Positions 36,132-42,358 of a DNA stretch of 42,358 nt are shown here, piece after piece (position 1 is the stretch's first letter; every line of letters starts with the position of its first letter). The DNA is from a virus (taxonomy: Duplodnaviria; Caudoviricetes), in IMG/VR virus record IMGVR_UViG_3300048606_000151, positions 1-42,358 of that record. One strand, 5' to 3'. The notes below the pieces were generated by a model that was not told the origin of the DNA, searched no databases, and saw only the letters and a list, made by a program, of their open reading frames with translations. The position numbers and the translations under genes were made by a program.

Positions 36132-37064
36132 TCAGAGGAACGGCAACTTGTCGGTGGTGAAGCCGCAGGCCCCTCGGTGGCCGCCGCCTCCGTGCTTGAT
36201 CGCGATCGCGGATAAATCGTGATGCTCTCGGCCGGGCGCGTGGTACAGGGAGACGCTCCAGTTCTTTCCAGTCCATTTGAATCCGAAGCACGCCTCGTGT
36301 TCCGGCTTGAGTCCCGTGGTGAAGAGGTGGCTGTTGTAGCGGGCGGCGTTGCAGGCGAGAAACGTCAGGCCTTCCCACTGGAGCGTGAATCCGATTTCCT
36401 TGATGACGGATTCATTCTGCCGGGTCTGCGAGTATTGCAGCGCCTTCCCGTTTTCGAGAAGTCCACTAACTGTGGCGGGGGCCATGGTCCCATCAGGCTC
36501 TAGGTCGCTTTGCCATCCAACCGCAGTCAGCTTCTCGACTTCTTCGATGGAGGGACGCTCCGTGGATAGCATTTGTCGCCAGTCGAAGTCGGTAAGTTCG
36601 CGGCTTCGGAGGCCGTGTTGAAAGAGTTCGGCGCGGGGGTCGCGTTTGTCCCAGATGTCGTACTCACCGGCAAGGCGGACGGCCAGGGGTTCCATGACGC
36701 GGCGTTCGACATAGTCCGCCTTCTGCGGTGTATCGTTGCCAAACTTGTTGACGAATCCACTGAACCACTGCCACGCGAGCCGGCACGCCGCCACACCGTC
36801 GATGCGGTAGCCTGGAATCCGCGGGGAATATTTCTCGATCGCGCTCTTGTGATGGTCGATCCAGATCAGATTGGGATGATCCATCAAACTTGGGACGCTT
36901 AGATCGAGGATGTAGAGTCCCTGTGTTTCATCGAAGTGTTTGGCGGGTTCAGGGTCCGTGTAATCCCAGCCGATCAGCTCGGCGTCCGGCAGGAACTTGC
37001 GTGCGATCTCGCGGCAAAAGATGCCGTCGAAATCGGCTCGGTGATAAATCACGGTGATTTTCAT
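36132..37064 (-). CDS. DHH/DHHA1-family phosphoesterase
   Basis: YHRADFDG, ILDLS, IDHH, YDIW, GGGGHRGACGF. Confidence 0.92.
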   Translation of the reverse strand: MKITVIYHRADFDGIFCREIARKFLPDAELIGWDYTDPEPAKHFDETQGLYILDLSVPSLMDHPNLIWIDHHKSAIEKYSPRIPGYRIDGVAACRLAWQWFSGFVNKFGNDTPQKADYVERRVMEPLAVRLAGEYDIWDKRDPRAELFQHGLRSRELTDFDWRQMLSTERPSIEEVEKLTAVGWQSDLEPDGTMAPATVSGLLENGKALQYSQTRQNESVIKEIGFTLQWEGLTFLACNAARYNSHLFTTGLKPEHEACFGFKWTGKNWSVSLYHAPGREHHDLSAIAIKHGGGGHRGACGFTTDKLPFL

Positions 37065-37099
37065 TTTAGAATTCAGATTTTAGCCTTCAGCCTTCGTTC
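37065..37099. repeat. Heptamer array F, fills the whole intergenic gap
   Basis: tttagaa ttcagat tttagcc ttcagcc ttcgttc. Confidence 0.85.
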
Positions 37100-37342
37100 T
37101 CACTCCCAGATCAGGTCCGGATTCTCCTGTTGCAGCGCGCTCAGGTTCCGGCGGATGTAGTCATTCACGTTGGAGGTGGAATCGCTTTTCAGTCCCTTCT
37201 GCCAGAGGTAGTGCAGATACGACGACGGCACGTCCTGCATCGGCGTCCCCTCGTGTTTCCCAAACGGCATCGGCGAGAGATCGTCCAACCGGGACTTCAC
37301 GCTCGCGCCCGACAGTTCGAACTGTTGCTGCTTGCCGCTCAT
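37100..37342 (-). CDS. DUF3820-like small protein
   Basis: MPFGKHEGTPMQDVPSSYLHYL. Confidence 0.8.
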   Translation of the reverse strand: MSGKQQQFELSGASVKSRLDDLSPMPFGKHEGTPMQDVPSSYLHYLWQKGLKSDSTSNVNDYIRRNLSALQQENPDLIWE

Positions 37343-38820
37343 GGGATGTCTTCTCTTTCGGGGTTATCGGTGCAGGCGTCTGCACTGGGGTTGGTGGTCG
37401 TGTCGTACAGACTTTCAAAGCGCATGGATTTCTTCTGGTAGAGCAGCCGGCAATCGCCGGTCGGGCCGTTCCGCTGTTTGGCGATGAGCAGGTTGATCGG
37501 CCGGCAGTGGTCGCTCCAGTCGGTGCGCTCAGCCGCCAGCTTCTTTTGCTCCGCGTCGTCCAGCTTGGGCTGGTAGAGCATCGCCACCACGTCGGCATCC
37601 TGTTCGATGGCCCCGCTCTCGCGCAGGTCCGCCAGTTGCGGCCGGCGGTTGTGGCTCTTCTCGATGTCGCGGTTGAGCTGGGCCAGCACGATCACCGGGA
37701 TTTGCAGTTCCTTGGCCAGCGATTTCAGGCCGCCGGAGATCTCCGCGACTTCCTGTTCGCGGTTCTGGTAGAAACGCGAGGGCCGCATCAATTGGATGTA
37801 ATCCACGAGCAGACAGCCGATCTTGTGCTGGTGGTGGAACCGGCGCGCGCGGGCGCGCAATTGCAGCACGTTGATTCCCGCCGTCTCGTCCAACAGGATC
37901 GGCGCGCGCACCAGGGCCGTGTTGGCGTCGATCAACTTGGGCATGTCCTCGTTCTCCAGATAGCCGCTGCGGTACCGCTGAAAATCGGCTTTGGCGTGTT
38001 GGAACAGCAGCCGCGCGGCGAGCTGCTCGGCGGTCATCTCCAGGGTGAAGATCGCGCATGGCACTTTCTTTTCCACCGCCAGGTGGCCGATGATCTGGAT
38101 TCCGATGCTGGTCTTCCCCAGACCCGGCCGCGCGGCGATCACGATCATGTCGCCGGGCCCCATCCCGAGGAGCATCTTGTCGAGGTAATCGAATCCCGTG
38201 GGCAGGCCCTGCATTTGCGGTCCGCCGCGGCGGTAATTTTCGATCCGCTCGATCACCTTCTGCAGCACCATGGAGAGCCGCACTTCGTTGGCCTGCACGC
38301 GGGCTTCGTTCACGCTCAACAGATCCCGCTCCACGTCCTCCAGGAGTTTGTCCACCTCGCCTTGGTGTTCGAAGATCTGCGTGACCGCGCGGCTGCAGGT
38401 CGCGAGCATCCGGCGGAGAAGGTATTTTTCGCGAACAATCTCCAGATACTGCGGCAGGTTCGCCGCGGATGGCACGGTCTCCGGTAGTGTGGTGAGATAG
38501 CCCATGCCGCCGACGGCCTCAAAGTGGCCGGCATCCTTCAGGTGTTGCTGCACCGTCAGGGGATCGATCGATTCGCGGCGTTCATACATCTCCAGGAGCT
38601 GCTCGTACATCAATCGGTGGCGTGGATCGTAAAACACGTCGCTGTTTCGCAATTTTTCGACGCACTCGGTCACACACTCGCCGTCCAGGAGGCAGGAACC
38701 CAGGACGCCCTGCTCTGCCTCCATCGAGTGCGGGGGCAGGCGGTCCAGTGCCGCCGCCATTTCCGGGGGTTTGGTTCTCGCGGTCCGGCGCAATCGGTTG
38801 TGGGAGTGGTTGGGTGTCAT
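37339..38820 (-). CDS. dnaB: Replicative DNA helicase DnaB (phage-encoded)
   Basis: PPHSMEAEQGVLG, AARPGLGKT, VDYIQL, LAQLNR, DLRESGAIEQDAD, KQRNGPTG. Confidence 0.97.
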   Translation of the reverse strand: MTPNHSHNRLRRTARTKPPEMAAALDRLPPHSMEAEQGVLGSCLLDGECVTECVEKLRNSDVFYDPRHRLMYEQLLEMYERRESIDPLTVQQHLKDAGHFEAVGGMGYLTTLPETVPSAANLPQYLEIVREKYLLRRMLATCSRAVTQIFEHQGEVDKLLEDVERDLLSVNEARVQANEVRLSMVLQKVIERIENYRRGGPQMQGLPTGFDYLDKMLLGMGPGDMIVIAARPGLGKTSIGIQIIGHLAVEKKVPCAIFTLEMTAEQLAARLLFQHAKADFQRYRSGYLENEDMPKLIDANTALVRAPILLDETAGINVLQLRARARRFHHQHKIGCLLVDYIQLMRPSRFYQNREQEVAEISGGLKSLAKELQIPVIVLAQLNRDIEKSHNRRPQLADLRESGAIEQDADVVAMLYQPKLDDAEQKKLAAERTDWSDHCRPINLLIAKQRNGPTGDCRLLYQKKSMRFESLYDTTTNPSADACTDNPEREDIP

Positions 38821-39698
38821 GCTTTGACTCCTTCTGCCAGTTCGCGGCGCAATCCTTTCAGCTCATCCATGAACCGGGTGTATTCCTGGCGTTGTTCGAC
38901 GGTGGCGGGATTGGCGTAGTTGGCGTTCGGATGAGCTGGATGTTCCTCCAGCAGTTTTTCCAAGGCCTCCATTCGGGTTTTTTTCTGGTACACGAGCGAG
39001 CCCGCGCTCTCTTTTCGCGGTTTTTGTCCGACCGCCCTTCGCTCGTTGATCCAGAATTTCTTCAACCAGAGCCGGGGATGACGGATGCGCTGGCCCTGCC
39101 AGGTCCAGTCGAGCCCTTCGTAGTGGAGGTAGAATTTTTCGCAGACCTCGGCCGGGATCGCATCGAGATCTCCCCAGGTCAAAACCTCAGCCAGCGAGGG
39201 TGTCTCCGCGTGAGAGAGCTCTTGGGACTTCCTATCATATCCACTCCTATCAAGTAGGTTCGCTTCGGGTTTGCCTCGGGTTTGCCTCGGGTTACCGTCG
39301 GCTAACCCTGAGCTAACCCTCGGGTTACCGTCGGGTTTTCCAGGTGACGGTTGTAAAGGGTTGGCGGGTGCGGTCTTAGGGCGGCCTCCCGCACGCCCCA
39401 CCTTCCATGCGGTGAGAAGTCTGGAATTATGCTTGTTCCAGTGGTGAACGATCACATCTCCGCACTTGGAAACCCGAATCCATCCACATTCGGTCAACGC
39501 GGTGAACAGTTGATCTTCCGGACCCGTCCAGCAGCAGATGGATTCGACGTAACCGGGGTTGACCTTGCCCAGGTTCTCGCCGCGCTGGCCGTTCTGGCAG
39601 AAGCCCCACAAGCGTGCCAGGCATTCGAGGGCGAGCGGAACACGGCGTTTCAGCCCGATGAACTTCGGGTGTTGAAAGATATGTGGATGAACATTCAT
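38817..39698 (-). CDS. Phage replication initiator protein
   Basis: HPKF...LARLW...IVHHWNKHN N-domain, iteron-encoded linker, FYLHYEGLDW C-domain; coupled to dnaB; ATG 39698. Confidence 0.75.
   Translation of the reverse strand: MNVHPHIFQHPKFIGLKRRVPLALECLARLWGFCQNGQRGENLGKVNPGYVESICCWTGPEDQLFTALTECGWIRVSKCGDVIVHHWNKHNSRLLTAWKVGRAGGRPKTAPANPLQPSPGKPDGNPRVSSGLADGNPRQTRGKPEANLLDRSGYDRKSQELSHAETPSLAEVLTWGDLDAIPAEVCEKFYLHYEGLDWTWQGQRIRHPRLWLKKFWINERRAVGQKPRKESAGSLVYQKKTRMEALEKLLEEHPAHPNANYANPATVEQRQEYTRFMDELKGLRRELAEGVKA
39266..39342. repeat. Seven tandem 11-bp iterons, probable replication origin
   Basis: cgggtttgcct x2, cgggttaccgt, cggctaaccct, gagctaaccct, cgggttaccgt, cgggttttcca inside initiator gene. 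Confidence 0.8.
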
Positions 39699-39916
39699 TT
39701 TTTTACTCGGCGCAACCACGCGCCGCCGCCCAATTTGAACTGCCAGACGACGCCACGAGGGCTTCGCAGGATCAACGACGGCCGGCCATGCAGCGGCATC
39801 GTGGACCATTGCCAGCCGCGCCCCAGGAGAACAGAAAGGCGGCTCAGGCGGAGCCGGACCCAGCGCGGAGGGTCAGTACTTGCCGCGGAACCGTGGGTAG
39901 GCTCCCGCGAACTCAT
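39695..39916 (-). CDS. Hypothetical basic protein
   Basis: Fills gap; stop overlaps initiator ATG. Confidence 0.4.
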   Translation of the reverse strand: MSSREPTHGSAASTDPPRWVRLRLSRLSVLLGRGWQWSTMPLHGRPSLILRSPRGVVWQFKLGGGAWLRRVKK

Positions 39917-40463
39917 AGACGTTGTGCAGATCGCCGTAGGGCACCGCGGTCACTTTCATGCCGGGCAGGAAGTGGGCGCTGTCCTTCACACGGACGATCA
40001 CGGTTTTTCCGGTCTCGTCGATGCACTCCAGCACGCGGGTGTTGGCCGGTTTACGGCGGACCTTGAAGGTGAACAGGACGCGGGTCGGAGTGGGCTCGCT
40101 TAGGCCGCCCGCCGGCAGCATGGCCTTGCTTGAACCGTTGCTGATCGCCGCGGCCAGTTTTTCAATGCCGGCGTTGCAATAGACGACGCGGCGGCCAGTT
40201 TTTAGGAAGTCCACGCCCTCCTGGAGATGCTCCCATCGCATCGCCACCAAATCACGACGCGTGACGCCCAAGCGCGCGGAGAGATCGGATTCGAAGACGG
40301 AGAAACTCTTTAGAGGAAAATTCTCCGTGCCCGAATGCATCGGCATGCCGGCGGGTGGCTCATCACGCGACCCCCCCCCCTCCCCCTTCGCGGGCGCGGC
40401 CTGGTCGAGCTCGGCGGGCGGGTCCGCGTCGTCGGAGTGTAGCTTGTCCCGTAGCTCAGTCAT
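39873..40463 (-). CDS. Hypothetical DNA-binding protein
   Basis: ESDLSARLGVTRRDL HTH-like segment, beta-barrel-like C-terminus; start 40463 inferred. Confidence 0.6.
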   Translation of the reverse strand: MTELRDKLHSDDADPPAELDQAAPAKGEGGGSRDEPPAGMPMHSGTENFPLKSFSVFESDLSARLGVTRRDLVAMRWEHLQEGVDFLKTGRRVVYCNAGIEKLAAAISNGSSKAMLPAGGLSEPTPTRVLFTFKVRRKPANTRVLECIDETGKTVIVRVKDSAHFLPGMKVTAVPYGDLHNVYEFAGAYPRFRGKY

Positions 40464-41064
40464 GATCGGGCTTGGTGTCATCCTGTGACGCAGGTGCTTC
40501 CGGTGTGCTGTCCGCTGATGCCGAATCAGACGGGCGTGAATCTTCGAGTGCAGGCACCGGGTTCGCACTGGGCAGCGTGTCGAGCCAGGCGTTCACTTCC
40601 TCGTGCGTGATCCTGCGAGTCGTGATGTGCTCGATCCTGGACGTGGGCTGGCCTTCGAGCGCCGCCTTTTTGTCCAGAAGCACGGCCGTCGCAATCGGTA
40701 GCTGACCGTGTGCGATGCCATCCTTCTCCAAGGCGTGCTCGAGGTTCTCAAGGGAGTAGATGACGCAACGGTCGAGCCGACGGGCGATCTCTTTCTTTAG
40801 TGGCTCCAACTCACCACGCGCGTCCATGATCTCCCGAATCACGTTCACCGAGTTCCTTGAGACCTCGTAACGCTGTGCTATGACTCGCCGGCTGACGCCG
40901 CTCAGCAGGTCTGTGCAGATGGCGATGCACAGTTCCTCATTCCGCGAAATAAAGGCGCCGCTGTGGACGAAGCTCTTGGCCTTCACGGCGTCCACCACGT
41001 AGGCGTCGAACTCCGCTTCGAGGTCCGGAAAAAGCGGCGTGGTGTCAGGCGCCAATACTTTCAT
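40456..41064 (-). CDS. Probable terminase small subunit (HTH + oligomerisation helices)
   Basis: GVSRRVIAQRYEVSRNSV HTH; LPIATAVLLDKKAALEGQPTSRIEH. Confidence 0.55.
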   Translation of the reverse strand: MKVLAPDTTPLFPDLEAEFDAYVVDAVKAKSFVHSGAFISRNEELCIAICTDLLSGVSRRVIAQRYEVSRNSVNVIREIMDARGELEPLKKEIARRLDRCVIYSLENLEHALEKDGIAHGQLPIATAVLLDKKAALEGQPTSRIEHITTRRITHEEVNAWLDTLPSANPVPALEDSRPSDSASADSTPEAPASQDDTKPDHD

Positions 41065-41278
41065 GCTCGGGCTGGGGTTGGGGCCGGCCGACGGCTCGCG
41101 TGGCCAGGTAACGGTTCATGCTCTGTCCGCTGACTAGCAGGTTGCCGCAGAGGTAACCCTCGAGCTCACCCTTGCTGATGCGTTCGCGGATCCAGGACAC
41201 GGACATTGAGAAAAAGGCGGCGGCATCCCGGACCGTGTACATCCGTGGCTCTGCCAGCTTGATGGCTACCTTGATCAT
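41045..41278 (-). CDS. Excisionase-like HTH protein
   Basis: YTVRDAAAFFSMSVSWIRERISKGEL...VSGQSMNRYL. Confidence 0.8.
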   Translation of the reverse strand: MIKVAIKLAEPRMYTVRDAAAFFSMSVSWIRERISKGELEGYLCGNLLVSGQSMNRYLATRAVGRPQPQPEHESIGA

Positions 41279-41496
41279 TGACTGCCGGCGAAGATCTTCT
41301 CGACGAGCTTGTGCGTCATGTCATGCCGCGACAGCAGTTGGAAATAACTGCTGCGCGTCAATGTGAACCCGAACGCCTTGCTGAGTTCTGCCACCCGCTG
41401 GTCGATCTCCCGGAGAGTGTCGGCTGCCACTGAGACGCCAAAGGAGTCGTTGTTGCGCTTGCGGCCAGGTGGGGCTGGAGGCGGTTCGGCGTTCAC
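41275..41496 (-). CDS. Ribbon-helix-helix regulator (Cro-position)
   Basis: SFGVSV strand, TLREIDQRVAEL helix, TRSSYFQLL helix; first gene of lytic operon. Confidence 0.7.
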   Translation of the reverse strand: MNAEPPPAPPGRKRNNDSFGVSVAADTLREIDQRVAELSKAFGFTLTRSSYFQLLSRHDMTHKLVEKIFAGSQ

Positions 41497-41608
41497 GGGT
41501 AACAAATACTGTTACACTGTGCTAGCAGTCAACAAAAAGTTGCCTGCCTTTCCCATCTGTCACCTCTTGACAGCACACGCTGTCATGGTGCAGTGTCCCC
41601 TGCTGCGT
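41497..41608. promoter_or_regulatory. Divergent promoter/operator region
   Basis: GTAACA-N5-TGTTAC 41499-41515; CTGTCA-N5-TGACAG 41557-41573; TGACAGC-N4-GCTGTCA 41568-41585; TTGACA (+) and TTGACT (-) hexamers. Confidence 0.7.
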
Positions 41609-42082
41609 ATGCTAACCACCACCAAAAACCGACGGCGCAAGGCTGCGCCCGTGGTTGCCAGGCGCAAACCCATCCGGAATTCCACCGTCACGTTCTCCGT
41701 CTCCTGCACCCAGGCCGATCTGGATATGATCGCTCGCCGGCTGGACTCTTTGGTGGTGCTCGATCGTTCCGCCTACCTGATCGCGTTGGTGCGGCAGGAC
41801 TGCGTTCGGCCTCGTGCGTTCACGATTGTGCCGCACGACCAGCCCGTGGCGAAGGCCGCTCGTGGTTCCACCATCACCTTTTCTGTCTCCTGCACGTCCG
41901 ATGATCTGGCCATGATTACGACCCGGGTGGCGTCCCTGGCCGTGCTCGACCGGTCGCCCTATCTCATCGCTTTAGTCCGTCAGGACTGTCAGCAGCCGCG
42001 TGAATTCACCATAATCCCGCGCGACCAGGTGGTTTCGAATCAGGAGAATAACCACAAGGAGTCGCACAAACCGCAAGGCTGA
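41609..42082 (+). CDS. Tandem double ribbon-helix-helix regulator (repressor-position)
   Basis: Two near-identical units TFSVSCT..DL.MI..R..SL.VLDRS.YLIALVRQDC..PR.FTI.P.DQ. Confidence 0.75.
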   Translation: MLTTTKNRRRKAAPVVARRKPIRNSTVTFSVSCTQADLDMIARRLDSLVVLDRSAYLIALVRQDCVRPRAFTIVPHDQPVAKAARGSTITFSVSCTSDDLAMITTRVASLAVLDRSPYLIALVRQDCQQPREFTIIPRDQVVSNQENNHKESHKPQG

Positions 42083-42100
42083 CACGTGCGTTACAGCGTC

Positions 42101-42298
42101 TCATTCCAACGCGATAAGTCCCGGGAGCTTCATCAGTTCCATTCCTGGACCCAGGCGGCCGAGCTCGCCCACGGCCTCGGTGAGTGGATCCACGACCACG
42201 TGTTGCAATGCGACCTTTCGCCAAGCTGTGGTGATCCTGACAAAGCGAAGTTGATTCTCTCCGAAGTCATCCACCCTCAACACATTGCAACGGAAAAT
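42101..42298 (-). CDS. Possible 3' end of a truncated gene
   Basis: Open frame running out of the poly-G end; no recognisable motif. Confidence 0.25.
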   Translation of the reverse strand: MFRCNVLRVDDFGENQLRFVRITTAWRKVALQHVVVDPLTEAVGELGRLGPGMELMKLPGLIALE

Positions 42299-42358
42299 GG
42301 GGGGGGGGGGGGGGGGGGGGGGCACCACACTGTGGGGGGGCCCCCCCCCCCGGGCCTA

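Larger units (their letters stand above)
3351..42358 (-). mobile_element. Temperate podovirus-like prophage, incomplete at right edge
   Basis: att fragment plus co-oriented replication, terminase, portal, scaffold, capsid, short-tail and ejection genes; no tape measure or sheath gene. Confidence 0.92.

Noticed and set aside
11984-37099. CRISPR interpretation of the repeat arrays
   Set aside because: Units are 7-8 nt, contiguous, without spacers; no cas genes
42299-42358. Long poly-G/poly-C runs at the window end
   Set aside because: Low-complexity tail at the sequence end, most likely a sequencing or assembly artefact

Overview
Most of a temperate, podovirus-like prophage (about 3351 to the window end, nearly all genes on the minus strand) integrated at the 3' half of a tRNA-Pro(GGG) gene. 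The host is probably a PVC-superphylum bacterium (Verrucomicrobia-like), inferred from the prepilin/H-X9-DG gene on the left flank. In transcription order (right to left): divergent ribbon-helix-helix regulators, excisionase-like HTH, probable terminase small subunit, replication initiator with internal 11-bp iterons, DnaB, DHH phosphoesterase, terminase large subunit, portal, an accessory cluster, scaffold, major capsid, two paralogous decoration-like genes, tail adaptor/fibre/nozzle genes, ejection proteins including a 1991-aa polyvalent protein, and a plus-strand accessory block with a Lar-like gene. The integrase, intact tRNA and any recognisable endolysin are not in the window. Left of the att site lie signs of an older decayed element (arm-type repeats, integrase N-terminal remnant, small protein + HNH pair). 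The most unusual signal is two dispersed families of phased short repeats: 7-mer arrays (GGCTGAA/TTCTAAA family) at six gene junctions abutting start codons, and 8-mer purine/pyrimidine arrays read in frame inside four genes, including terminase. All protein calls rest on motif recognition and synteny, not database searches; several starts were moved from the ORF track to more plausible codons.
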